From IMG/VR virus record IMGVR_UViG_3300035182_002586, positions 427,585 through 491,584 of that record: DNA of 64,000 nucleotides; one strand, written 5' to 3'. The notes below the pieces were generated by a model, which made no database searches, was not told the origin of the DNA, and was given only the letters and a program-made list of their open reading frames with translations. A program made the position numbers and the translations under genes. Shown piece after piece: positions 44,569 to 53,360 of this stretch (position 1 is its first letter; each line of letters starts with the position of its first letter). Source of the stretch: a virus.

Positions 44569-45204
44569 TCACCTCAGAGAGGCCAGCTCTTCGAGCGTCG
44601 TGATCGGCCGCGCACTCAGGACGACCGCTCGACTCCAGCCCATGGAACGAAACTCGCTCTGCCCCGGCGTTCCCGCCACGGGGATCTCGAACATCCCCCA
44701 CGAGGGGTCCCCGCCGTCCGCGTGCGCTACGAACGAGAGGTCCGCCGTCACCACGAAGTGCGTCGGCTGCCGGATCCAAGGGCGGTCCGAGTCCACGTAG
44801 CGGCCGGCAGCGTACGCCGCAGCGTAGGCACCCGTCAGATGTGGGACGAGCAGCGCCGCCGACTGCGGCGTGTGCGTCACCAGGAAGACCTTTGCCTGCT
44901 TCCCCTTCGGCCAGCCGATGGGCACGTACGTGTACCCCGTGACTGCCGGAAACCCCGCCCACTCACCCTTGATCAGCATCTTGGCCATACTGCCCGACTG
45001 TAACACAGGATCATCGGGGGTTGTCGAGGGTAGGACACGATGGGCTGCCCTGCGAACCGCCTCCTCCGACACCTCGTGCCCCTCGACCTGGAGCGACTGT
45101 CGAACGCTCCGTATCAGGGCGTCGCTGACCAGAACACCAGGCGGGGCCCGGCGCCGGGGACGCGCCAGAAGCTCGCTCAGCTTCGTGTCCGGGGTGACCT
45201 TCAC
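44569..45204 (-). CDS. hypothetical protein 211 aa
   Basis: GTGA overlap with upstream stop. Confidence 0.5.
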   Translation of the reverse strand: MKVTPDTKLSELLARPRRRAPPGVLVSDALIRSVRQSLQVEGHEVSEEAVRRAAHRVLPSTTPDDPVLQSGSMAKMLIKGEWAGFPAVTGYTYVPIGWPKGKQAKVFLVTHTPQSAALLVPHLTGAYAAAYAAGRYVDSDRPWIRQPTHFVVTADLSFVAHADGGDPSWGMFEIPVAGTPGQSEFRSMGWSRAVVLSARPITTLEELASLR

Positions 45205-45509
45205 AACGAGGTTGTGCCCGTCCACCCACAGCCGGGACACCCGATCCGCCGCTGCGGTGGGTAGGACGTGAGCACGACGCCCCCGCTGATGTCGTACAAC
45301 TCCGTCTTGCAGTGGTCGCAAGCGAAGCCACAGGGGCTTGCACCCCCTCCAACGATCACCGCATGGATCCGGTCCCGCATCTGCTCCGTAACCCCCTCGC
45401 GGAGCGGGATCTGCTGGCTCTGGATCGCGAGGACCCTATCTGCACGCTCCTGCGCCTTCCGGGCACGCGACTCTTCTCGCCACGCCTTCTCTTCGTTGAG
45501 CGTCCTCAT
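45201..45509 (-). CDS. zinc-finger/coiled-coil protein 102 aa
   Basis: GGTGTACTAGGAGCGC-ATG. Confidence 0.55.
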   Translation of the reverse strand: MRTLNEEKAWREESRARKAQERADRVLAIQSQQIPLREGVTEQMRDRIHAVIVGGGASPCGFACDHCKTELYDISGGVVLTSYPPQRRIGCPGCGWTGTTSL

Positions 45510-45548
45510 GCGCTCCTAGTACACCACGGTCCGGTGTAAGCCCCTCAC
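45510..45548. promoter_or_regulatory. palindromic TACACC-7-GGTGTA element serving both divergent starts
   Basis: seen directly; same arrangement at 10422-10456, 23676-23717, 28490-28528, 34048-34085. Confidence 0.55.
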
Positions 45549-45917
45549 ATGGGTGCGACCCGGACCGTTCGCGTTGACGCGCTTCTCGTCGAGTACATGC
45601 AGGCCACCGCCTCGGTCAGAAAACTCCGAGATCGCACGAAGGTTCTGCAACGCCAGATCCTCTTGAAGGCGGGCTGGAAGGTCCACGCTCCGGGTTCCAC
45701 GGGATGGCTGAAAGGGATCGAGCGGCACGTCGCCTCGAACCCCAAGTCCAAGGTGACCGCCGGGTTCTACCAACGCTACTACGCGAACAAGGAGGTCTGG
45801 GTCGATCCCGTCATGAAGGATCTCCTCTTCATGGTGTCCTACGCCTGGACCCGGCATTTCGGGCGAATCAGCCGCTCCTGCGATCTCATCGCCAACGGTG
45901 TAGAGGCACGAGCATGA
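45549..45917 (+). CDS. hypothetical protein 122 aa
   Basis: GGTGTAAGCCCCTCAC-ATG. Confidence 0.6.
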   Translation: MGATRTVRVDALLVEYMQATASVRKLRDRTKVLQRQILLKAGWKVHAPGSTGWLKGIERHVASNPKSKVTAGFYQRYYANKEVWVDPVMKDLLFMVSYAWTRHFGRISRSCDLIANGVEARA

Positions 45918-46258
45918 AGAAGTGGACACCGTGGACGCGTGACCTCGCGTTCGACTTCATCGCGAGAGCCATCCCCGTGATGAAAGACGCCGGGTACGCG
46001 TGCGCCCTCGCGGGAAGTCTCCTGATCAAGAACGAGAGTCAGAAGGATCTGGATCTGGATCTCGTTCTCTTCCCCTACGACAACACCAAGTCACGCGTGG
46101 ACGATGCTCTCGAAGCCCTCCGGTCCCTCGGGATGGCCTGCGTGTTCGACGTGGCGTTCGTACACGAGAAGTGGGCGAACCAGGGGAGCACGGATCGAAA
46201 GCACGTCGAGGTGTGGGAGTACGACGGCCACCGCATCGATGTCTTCTGGCTGGAGTGA
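45914..46258 (+). CDS. minimal nucleotidyltransferase (Pol-beta superfamily)
   Basis: GSLLIKNESQKDLDLDLVLFP = hG[GS]x9-13DxD. Confidence 0.6.
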   Translation: MKKWTPWTRDLAFDFIARAIPVMKDAGYACALAGSLLIKNESQKDLDLDLVLFPYDNTKSRVDDALEALRSLGMACVFDVAFVHEKWANQGSTDRKHVEVWEYDGHRIDVFWLE

Positions 46259-46260
46259 AC

Positions 46261-46521
46261 ATGTCGAGTTACGGCGAACGAGTCCGCACTCTGCTCGAAC
46301 ACGGGACGGTCATCTGCGAGTGCCACACGTGCATGGGGTCGGACGGCACCGCTGTCCTCCGCATCCTGTGGGACGATGGACACATCAGCGAGATGCCTTA
46401 CTACAAGGTCGTCCCGTCGGACAAACCCGGACGCCCGCTCTTCAACGGGCAGCCCGCAACGGACGGCCGAACGCCGCGAGTACCGCAGCATCCCGTTCAA
46501 GCACCTGCACGGGAGGTATGA
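46261..46521 (+). CDS. hypothetical protein 86 aa
   Basis: ORF-track frame; stop lies in loop of CGGGAGGTA-10-TACCTCCCG hairpin (~46510-46537). Confidence 0.5.
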   Translation: MSSYGERVRTLLEHGTVICECHTCMGSDGTAVLRILWDDGHISEMPYYKVVPSDKPGRPLFNGQPATDGRTPRVPQHPVQAPAREV

Positions 46522-46586
46522 CGCGACGTACCTCCCGGACCCCCTTCCTCGACACACGAGCCCTCTCACCCTTCCCTGAGGCCACG

Positions 46587-47105
46587 ATGATGCCCCGCAA
46601 GAACATGACGATCCGTGGGAACTACGCTCTCTTCTGGGGCCAGTGGCCGTCCAACTGGGAGGCGTCCCCCTTCACCATCGACGGCAAGAGCTACACGTGC
46701 GTCGAGCAGTGGATGATGGCGGAGAAGGCTCGCCTCTTCGGCGACACCGTGGCGGAGGCCCGCATCATGGCGACTGCGGACCCCGCGGATCAGAAGCGCT
46801 ACGGCCGTGGCGTGAAGGGGTACGTCGAGGACCAGTGGGCGGCTGTCCGCTACCAGATCGTGCTTCGAGGCGTCGTCGAGAAGTACAGGCAGAACGAGCA
46901 CTTGCGGGAGAAGCTCCTCGCGACGGGAGACCTCCAGTTCGTCGAGGCGTCCCCCGAAGACCGGGTGTGGGGCATCGGCATGCGCGCGACGGATCCCGGT
47001 GCCGACAACCCCCGCCAGTGGCGGGGCCAGAACCTCCTCGGCAAGGCCACGACGGAAGCGCGGGAGACCATCCGCGCGGAGATGGCCCTCGCAGGCATCC
47101 CGTGA
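46587..47105 (+). CDS. NADAR (YbiA/DUF1768) domain protein
   Basis: NYALFWGQWPSNWE..YTCVEQWMMAEKARLFGD..RYGRGV..RVWGIGM..GQNLLGKA. Confidence 0.8.
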   Translation: MMPRKNMTIRGNYALFWGQWPSNWEASPFTIDGKSYTCVEQWMMAEKARLFGDTVAEARIMATADPADQKRYGRGVKGYVEDQWAAVRYQIVLRGVVEKYRQNEHLREKLLATGDLQFVEASPEDRVWGIGMRATDPGADNPRQWRGQNLLGKATTEARETIRAEMALAGIP

Positions 47106-47113
47106 GAACCCCG

Positions 47114-47392
47114 ATGACCAAGGACACCCCCAAGCTCACCTACACCAAAGCGCGGGCGAAAGCCGCAGCGCTCGACGAGAAGCTCCTCGCGACGGACAAG
47201 CGACTCGACGGCAGCGTGATCGTCGTGCACCAGGACGGCTCGATCTTCTACTTCAACCGAGCCTTCGTGCTCCAGTACCAGGACTTCGCCATTATCCTGA
47301 CGGAGCACCACGGTCCGCACGTCTACGCGACGTACGACCTCAAAGACATGCGCGCCTTGGGCCCGCGCATGTCCATCAAGAAGACCCGATGA
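47114..47392 (+). CDS. hypothetical protein 92 aa
   Basis: ORF-track frame. Confidence 0.55.
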   Translation: MTKDTPKLTYTKARAKAAALDEKLLATDKRLDGSVIVVHQDGSIFYFNRAFVLQYQDFAIILTEHHGPHVYATYDLKDMRALGPRMSIKKTR

Positions 47393-47577
47393 CCGAACCC
47401 AAGCCCACCGACCTGCACTATTGGGGTTACGCAGGGAAGCCTACGTTCGGGATCCCCTGCGGCGCGCCATCGAACAACCACTCCAAGGTCACGGGCTACG
47501 CGAACGACGTCACGTGCCCGGGCTGCCGGGCTGCACTAGACGCCTCGTTCGCTTCCACCGTCACCCGACCCCGATGA
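47389..47577 (+). CDS. hypothetical protein 62 aa
   Basis: ATGA overlap. Confidence 0.45.
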   Translation: MTEPKPTDLHYWGYAGKPTFGIPCGAPSNNHSKVTGYANDVTCPGCRAALDASFASTVTRPR

Positions 47578-47753
47578 GCATCAAGAACAAGAGCGGCTTC
47601 CTGCCCCCTGAGGACGACCTTCCGCCTTACGCGAAGGACACGCCGTGCTGGGGCTGCGGCAACCTCTTCGACTTCACCGAGCTACTCGCCAAAGACGAAG
47701 GACTCTGCACCAAGTGTGCGAAAACCGTAAGGAAGACTGAGGGCTCGACATGA
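47574..47753 (+). CDS. hypothetical protein 59 aa
   Basis: ATGA overlap. Confidence 0.45.
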   Translation: MSIKNKSGFLPPEDDLPPYAKDTPCWGCGNLFDFTELLAKDEGLCTKCAKTVRKTEGST

Positions 47754-48274
47754 CGACTCAGAGCTACAAGCGATGCGGCAAATGTGGGGCTCAGTACATC
47801 TACACGGGGAGCGGACACGGCTGTCTGAAGCCCCTGAACAACTCGACCTGGTGCCCCGACTGCACGAGAGTCGTCAACGCGGCCCTCGCGAACATCCCGA
47901 GGAAGTTCGAGGGGCGTTGGACCCCCATCGCCGAAGTGCCACACCTCGCGGGCGTCACCCCGGAGCACATTCGGGCCTGGGAGGAAGCGGCGCACCGTGA
48001 AGCTGAAGAGAGGCAGGCCGCAGGGCAGATCGTGGCCCGTCGCGTCTTCTCGCCCCTCTTCAACCTCCAGACCGGCGACTCTCAGAACGTGCGAGAGGTC
48101 CGTGGCCGCGACGAGTTCCAAGGGCACACGTTCAAGGTCGCCTCTTGGCGTCAAGCGGGAGGAATCGAGATCGAGGTCAACATGGAGTACGACCTCCAGA
48201 ACAACCGCTACACCGGACACGAATGGCCCCGCGCGGTCCCAAAGCGCGGATCGGTGTACCCCCGAGAGAGCTGA
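47750..48274 (+). CDS. zinc-ribbon protein 174 aa
   Basis: CGKCG..CPDC. Confidence 0.65.
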   Translation: MTTQSYKRCGKCGAQYIYTGSGHGCLKPLNNSTWCPDCTRVVNAALANIPRKFEGRWTPIAEVPHLAGVTPEHIRAWEEAAHREAEERQAAGQIVARRVFSPLFNLQTGDSQNVREVRGRDEFQGHTFKVASWRQAGGIEIEVNMEYDLQNNRYTGHEWPRAVPKRGSVYPRES

Positions 48275-48275
48275 C

Positions 48276-48527
48276 ATGAAACTCGACATCCCGATCGTCG
48301 TCATCCACCGACCGACCCCGGAGTATTCCAACATCCCGGGCCCCCGTCTCGACTGGACTGCTCGAAGCCTACTGCCCCTTCCGAGCTTCATGATGGGCGA
48401 CCCCTTCTGGCAACCGGCAGCCGCAGGGGAGACTCGCGAAGAAGCCGTCAAGCACCTCAGGACCACGATCGAACGATGGTCCAAGGAACACCGGGCCGAG
48501 CTGGCAACCTTCACGGTGGAGACATGA
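48276..48527 (+). CDS. hypothetical protein 83 aa
   Basis: ORF-track frame. Confidence 0.5.
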   Translation: MKLDIPIVVIHRPTPEYSNIPGPRLDWTARSLLPLPSFMMGDPFWQPAAAGETREEAVKHLRTTIERWSKEHRAELATFTVET

Positions 48528-48898
48528 TCGTCAACGTCTCCGCCGGCTCCGTCGAGGGTGAGGTCGTCCCCTTCCCGATGACGAAAGAACAACGGCATGT
48601 CGCCTGTGAGAAGCTGGCCGGAGGCCCTTCCCGTCAAACGGCGGAGTACGACGGAGTGCAGCTCTTCCGGGCTAACAAGCCTGTCCTGACCCTCGACGGA
48701 CTGCCAGTCCTACCCGAACCCAAGACTCGCAAGTGTCACGCCTGTGGTTCAACCGTGCCGTCCAAACGAGCCCCGAAGGTGAAGGCCCGTCGCGCACGCA
48801 AGCAGAAGTGGTGGCTCTACTACGGACCCAACCGCCTCTCGGGCGGCTTCCCGACGAAGCAAGAGGCGATGAACTGGTACCTCAAGGGCGGGAGGTAG
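48524..48898 (+). CDS. hypothetical protein 124 aa
   Basis: ATGA overlap. Confidence 0.55.
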   Translation: MIVNVSAGSVEGEVVPFPMTKEQRHVACEKLAGGPSRQTAEYDGVQLFRANKPVLTLDGLPVLPEPKTRKCHACGSTVPSKRAPKVKARRARKQKWWLYYGPNRLSGGFPTKQEAMNWYLKGGR

Positions 48899-48900
48899 CC

Positions 48901-49158
48901 GTGATCACCCAAGGAAATTACAGACATTTCAAAGGGTCGCTCTACAGAGTCGTCATCATCGGCAAGGACTCTGAGACCCAAGAACCGACGGTCGTGTACC
49001 ACAAGTACCCTTACCCCGAGCGACGCGACGAGCGTGGGCTCGTGATGTCCTTCCTCAAGTCACCCGACTGGTGGATCCGGCCCGCCCGGATGTTCGAGGA
49101 AGAAGTCGTCTGGCCTGACGGGATCAAGCGGCCCCGCTTCGTTCGCGAGGGGGACTAG
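48901..49158 (+). CDS. DUF1653 family protein
   Basis: YRHFKGSLYRVV..SETQEPTVVYH. Confidence 0.6.
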   Translation: MITQGNYRHFKGSLYRVVIIGKDSETQEPTVVYHKYPYPERRDERGLVMSFLKSPDWWIRPARMFEEEVVWPDGIKRPRFVREGD

Positions 49159-49529
49159 TGCGCCACATGTGGGGTGATACCGAGCTGTGGGGTCGCAAGG
49201 CGCTCGCCTGCGAAGCCTGTGGGCTCCACATCGTAGATGCGGACCTCGGAGTCGCCTGGAAGTCGGAGGGTATGCTGCACCTTCTTGCTGAGGGCCCCAT
49301 CCCCGAGGGTGTGCAGCTCGTCCGTTGGCAGGTGAGTAACGTCCTGAACTACGGCTTCAAGGACCGTACGCGCGAAGAGATCATCGCCTACGCCGAAGAC
49401 GAGTTCAACCGCGAGTGCTCCGGGGACAAGTCCGCCAGGTGGGAGCCCTACGAGCGCATCGTGATCCCCGTGACCGGGCCCACCCGACGCAAGAAGGCAG
49501 CGTTCAAGGGACGGGCTACGAAGCGCTGA
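49158..49529 (+). CDS. hypothetical protein 123 aa
   Basis: ORF track. Confidence 0.55.
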   Translation: MRHMWGDTELWGRKALACEACGLHIVDADLGVAWKSEGMLHLLAEGPIPEGVQLVRWQVSNVLNYGFKDRTREEIIAYAEDEFNRECSGDKSARWEPYERIVIPVTGPTRRKKAAFKGRATKR

Positions 49530-49546
49530 CGGTGTAGATCGTGGGC

Positions 49547-50233
49547 ATGGACCCGCGAGACATCCGAGCCTGGCTCCGAGACCCCGAGACCAACGGGGGC
49601 GACCTCTGGCTCAAAGCCAACGGAGAGGAAGCGATCCGTCTCCTGCTTGGGCGTCTCGACGCCTTCGAGGATCGAGACGAGACGATCGCGCGCGACTCGG
49701 CGGAGCGGAGGGCACGCATGGACGCCTTCATCGCGAAGCTCGAAGAGAACGCGCCGCCCCCTCCGACCCCGGAGGAGATGGAGAAGACTGCGGAGAGCTT
49801 CGCCGAAATGTTCAAGCCGTGCGAGCACTGCGGCAAGTCCGGCATGTCCTGCATCGAGGACGAAAGCTGCCACTGCTGCTACGGCTGCATCCGCCTGCGG
49901 GACATCCTGCACGCCGTCCTGACCAACCCGAAGAGCGAGACCCTCGCGGCTGCGCGGGCAGCCTACGAGGAGAGTGACCCCCGCCAGTGGATCGGGTCCG
50001 AGATCGCCTACCGGCTCAAGGACCTTGGCGTGGAGGTGGTCCGGAGCCCGTTCCCCGACTTCATCCAGGGCAGCAAGGGGGACAAGACCTTCGCGGCGCG
50101 AGCGGACGGGATCAAGGTCTTCTACTGGATCAACCACGGGGAGGAGAAGCAGGCGGAGTACCTGGTCGACCTGATCGACACTCTCGTGGCCGAATTCCAA
50201 ACCCCTCTGGATGGATCGGCCCCGCCCCCCTGA
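49547..50233 (+). CDS. hypothetical Cys-containing protein 228 aa
   Basis: GGTGTAGATCGTGGGC-ATG. Confidence 0.65.
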   Translation: MDPRDIRAWLRDPETNGGDLWLKANGEEAIRLLLGRLDAFEDRDETIARDSAERRARMDAFIAKLEENAPPPPTPEEMEKTAESFAEMFKPCEHCGKSGMSCIEDESCHCCYGCIRLRDILHAVLTNPKSETLAAARAAYEESDPRQWIGSEIAYRLKDLGVEVVRSPFPDFIQGSKGDKTFAARADGIKVFYWINHGEEKQAEYLVDLIDTLVAEFQTPLDGSAPPP

Positions 50234-50245
50234 GGTAGTAGGGGC

Positions 50246-50494
50246 ATGAGCAGCACGCCCCTCCCCGAAGTCGGCCAGAAGATCGCCTACTGCATCGGCA
50301 GCGATCGCTACGCGGTCACGATCAAGGACGTTCAGCGCGGGGGCCAGACGGTCATCGTCGAGCTGCGTCAGGGCCGCAACGTCCACGAGTACGAGTGCAC
50401 CAAGGGCCGCGACGGCGTGTACCGGGAGAAGGGTCACCGTATCGGGATGCTCGACTTCACGCGCAGCGACGGCCACCTGTCGCGGGAGTTCTGA
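50246..50494 (+). CDS. hypothetical protein 82 aa
   Basis: full motif CTGGATGGATCGG-N-GAGGTAGTAGGGGC-ATG. Confidence 0.7.
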   Translation: MSSTPLPEVGQKIAYCIGSDRYAVTIKDVQRGGQTVIVELRQGRNVHEYECTKGRDGVYREKGHRIGMLDFTRSDGHLSREF

Positions 50495-50495
50495 G

Positions 50496-50711
50496 ATGGG
50501 GGCCAAGCGCGAGAAGCTGAAAGAAGACCTGCGGGAGGCCATCCGCCTCATCCGCATGTTCGTCGACGGGGAGTACTGCACCTTCCACTACGACCGCAAG
50601 GACGGCGAGACGTGCAAGGAAGCACAGTCGCGTAAGCAGGGTGTCCCCATGCCCGGGTGCGACCAATGCCAGGCCCGCGACTTCCTCAAGAAAATGAAGG
50701 ACTTCCGATGA
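50496..50711 (+). CDS. hypothetical protein 71 aa
   Basis: ORF track. Confidence 0.5.
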   Translation: MGAKREKLKEDLREAIRLIRMFVDGEYCTFHYDRKDGETCKEAQSRKQGVPMPGCDQCQARDFLKKMKDFR

Positions 50712-51028
50712 AGACGACGATCACCGAGTGGTACGCGCGGGGTGGTGGCATCGCGAAGTCTGGCCCCCACGCGTCGCAGGCGATGGCTGCGGCCGCGATC
50801 ATGGGCGTCAACGGCTTCCCCGTGGAAGACGCCTTCATCTGGCCCGTCGAGGTCGAGCGCGAGGTGCTGAGCACCTCCGACGAGTACGTCGTGTGGGCCG
50901 CCCTCTCCGCCATGGTCGACGACGTGCACTGCGCGCAGGACCAGCTCACCGAAGAGCAGTGGGCGCACGCCAGCAACCTCTTCCAGCGCCTCACCAAGAA
51001 GCTGAACGCCAAGTCGGAGTCGAAGTAG
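50708..51028 (+). CDS. hypothetical protein 106 aa
   Basis: ATGA overlap. Confidence 0.55.
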   Translation: MKTTITEWYARGGGIAKSGPHASQAMAAAAIMGVNGFPVEDAFIWPVEVEREVLSTSDEYVVWAALSAMVDDVHCAQDQLTEEQWAHASNLFQRLTKKLNAKSESK

Positions 51029-51029
51029 C

Positions 51030-51851
51030 ATGTTCCACACCCTCGCCGCCCACGACGACCTCGAAGCGAAGCGCGAAGCCCTCGCGGCGAAGCTGCTGCG
51101 TCCGGTCTACATCGTCAGCGCGACCTGCAAGAGCAACGGGACGCACTTCAAGCGCCCGCGCAGCATGAAGTACGCTCCGATGGGCGCCCTGGAGCTATAC
51201 CTCTCGACGCTCACCGACGACAACCGCTGCGTCAAGCGCGTGAAGGTCAACGACGACTCGGCCAACGACCACTACTACTTTGACCTCCGCGAAGCGGACT
51301 TCCTCCACGTCGTCTACCCGATGACGGACCAAGAGAGCACGCTGCCGGGGATTCGCGACGCGTTCAAGTCCGTGGACCTGACGAGTGGCCTCAGCCCGTG
51401 CGAGAACGTCTACCCCTCGTCGGGCGAGCCGATCCCGCCGGAGCTGGAGAAGTATCTCCGCTCGAAGAAGGTCCGCAGCGGGGTGACGCGCATGGGAATT
51501 CTCTTCGCGCGCAGCGAGGCGATCGCCACCCCGAACAAGCTCCACGAGCGCTGGCACCGGGGTCTGAGGGTCGAGGGGAAGTACGCCCCGCCGTTCGTGA
51601 CCCTCCAGGCGCCGGGCTGGTACCACGGCAAGCCGATCACCACGGTCGAGAACATCAACCGCTTCGGCCTCCTCGACACCGACCCGGGCCCCTGCACCGT
51701 CTGCCACGGAAAGAGCGGAGATCGCCGTCACATCGCCCCGGTGCAGTCGGCGGGCCCGGACGCCTACCTCGCGGGTCACCTGTGTCGCACCTGCGCGAAG
51801 GACGCCTTCGCGCAGTGGGCCAACCTACTCGACGACGCTACGCCGATCTAG
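51030..51851 (+). CDS. hypothetical protein 273 aa
   Basis: ORF track. Confidence 0.65.
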   Translation: MFHTLAAHDDLEAKREALAAKLLRPVYIVSATCKSNGTHFKRPRSMKYAPMGALELYLSTLTDDNRCVKRVKVNDDSANDHYYFDLREADFLHVVYPMTDQESTLPGIRDAFKSVDLTSGLSPCENVYPSSGEPIPPELEKYLRSKKVRSGVTRMGILFARSEAIATPNKLHERWHRGLRVEGKYAPPFVTLQAPGWYHGKPITTVENINRFGLLDTDPGPCTVCHGKSGDRRHIAPVQSAGPDAYLAGHLCRTCAKDAFAQWANLLDDATPI

Positions 51852-51852
51852 G

Positions 51853-52206
51853 GTGTCGTTCGAGGATACCCTCACGGACGACAACCCACTGGCCGACGAG
51901 ACCATCAGCGAGGGTGAGCTGGAGGTCTACCTGTCCGTGTTCCTCGGCGATCTGTTGACCAAGCTGGACCCCCGCGAGCGAAACGTCGTCGACCGTAGGT
52001 TCACGGACAACCCCGAAACACTCGAAGAGATCGCCAACAGCTTCGGCCTGTCGCGGGAGCGCGTCCGTCAGATCGAGGAGCGCTGCCTGAACAAGATCAG
52101 GGACGCCATGGCGAAAGGCGGCCACTTGGGCGTCCCGGGGACCTGGCGCATCGGCCTCGACGACTGGCCCGTGGTCATGGACAAGATGACACTGGTGGGG
52201 GAGTGA
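51853..52206 (+). CDS. sigma-70 region 4-like HTH protein (sigma-like factor fragment)
   Basis: LDPRERNVVDRRF..ETLEEIANSFGLSRERVRQIEERCLNKIR. Confidence 0.65.
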   Translation: MSFEDTLTDDNPLADETISEGELEVYLSVFLGDLLTKLDPRERNVVDRRFTDNPETLEEIANSFGLSRERVRQIEERCLNKIRDAMAKGGHLGVPGTWRIGLDDWPVVMDKMTLVGE

Positions 52207-52239
52207 TGGATCGAGCCATCACCGCCTTGTAGTAGACTC

Positions 52240-52539
52240 ATGACGAAGAAATACGTTGGATACTTCGCGCACCTCTCCGACCTGCCGGTCAAGCGCGGTC
52301 AGACGGTGACGATCCCCAAGGGGACTGTGATCCACACGACCGGACCCACGAAGAAGCGGATCGCGAAGCGCACCTACAAGATCAAGGTGCACAGCGTCGG
52401 CTGTGGCCAGAACCACCCCGAAGGTCACCCCGACCACATCGGTGGCTACTCCGTGCGCAACCCCGACGTCACGTGGGTCGGCGAGGGCGGCTACTGGTTC
52501 TCGGTGGACATCAACGACGTCCCCGAGGCGAACGCCTGA
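52240..52539 (+). CDS. hypothetical protein 99 aa
   Basis: full motif GTGATGGATCGAGC-N-TTGTAGTAGACTC-ATG. Confidence 0.7.
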   Translation: MTKKYVGYFAHLSDLPVKRGQTVTIPKGTVIHTTGPTKKRIAKRTYKIKVHSVGCGQNHPEGHPDHIGGYSVRNPDVTWVGEGGYWFSVDINDVPEANA

Positions 52540-52583
52540 CGATTCCGGATGGATCGGACTCTCCCTCGCGAGGTAGTAGGGTC

Positions 52584-52940
52584 ATGAGCCGCCAATACGT
52601 CCTCGAAATCCGCCGCACGGTGTGGGTCCTTTGGGGCTACGGTCCGAGCGGCGTCGTCGAGCATGTGGAGCCCGCCTGTACCCTCATCGACGTCGGCGTC
52701 GGCGAGCCCCTGGACTTCCCCTTCGAGCTTCCCGAGACCACCGGTACGCTCCCGGCCCCGGTCGAGTACGAGCGCCGTGAGGGCCTGGCCTGGCGGTTCA
52801 CGAACCGCGCGGGCAACGACACCGGCTGGAAGCTCGTCGAGAGCGATGAAGCCGCCCTGACGGCCGCACAGGCGAAGATCGACCAGATGCCTGTCCACGC
52901 CCGCACCCACTTCCAGAACGCCCCCGTCGTTCACTCGTGA
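52584..52940 (+). CDS. hypothetical protein 118 aa
   Basis: full motif CCGGATGGATCGGAC-N-GAGGTAGTAGGGTC-ATG. Confidence 0.65.
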   Translation: MSRQYVLEIRRTVWVLWGYGPSGVVEHVEPACTLIDVGVGEPLDFPFELPETTGTLPAPVEYERREGLAWRFTNRAGNDTGWKLVESDEAALTAAQAKIDQMPVHARTHFQNAPVVHS

Positions 52941-52947
52941 GGATCCC

Positions 52948-53358
52948 ATGGCACGGAAAGCCCCCGAACAGTCCTTCGCTGCTGCCGCCGCTCCGCCGGC
53001 CACGCCACCCGCCCCAACCCTGATGGACAAGCTCCGCGCCAAGGAAGCGGAGTTCAACGCTGCCCGGCAGCGCGCCGTCGAGGCTGCCAAGGTGGAAGAG
53101 GCTGCCAAGCGCGAGCTGGCGACCCTCCAGGCAGAGCAGAAGCGTCAGCGCAACATGGCGTTCGCGAAGATGCTGGAGAAGGACGACGACCTGATCGACG
53201 TTCTGGCTCCCGAGCACTCGCGTACCTCGTGTTCGGACACCGAGTTCGACAACTACTCGCGCGGCTGCACCCGGTGCGCCCTGCTGCACCTGCATACGCT
53301 TTCGGACTACGACGACTTCGAGTTCGAGTTCACCGCCAAGGTCCCGAGGGACTACTGA
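52948..53358 (+). CDS. hypothetical protein 136 aa
   Basis: ORF track. Confidence 0.55.
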   Translation: MARKAPEQSFAAAAAPPATPPAPTLMDKLRAKEAEFNAARQRAVEAAKVEEAAKRELATLQAEQKRQRNMAFAKMLEKDDDLIDVLAPEHSRTSCSDTEFDNYSRGCTRCALLHLHTLSDYDDFEFEFTAKVPRDY

Positions 53359-53360
53359 CC

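Noticed and set aside
46510-46537. CGGGAGGTA-10-TACCTCCCG hairpin as a rho-independent terminator
   Set aside because: No T-run follows, and the next gene (46587) is co-directional and closely spaced. More likely an RNA structure or attenuator, or coincidence; kept only as a note under feature 46261..46521.
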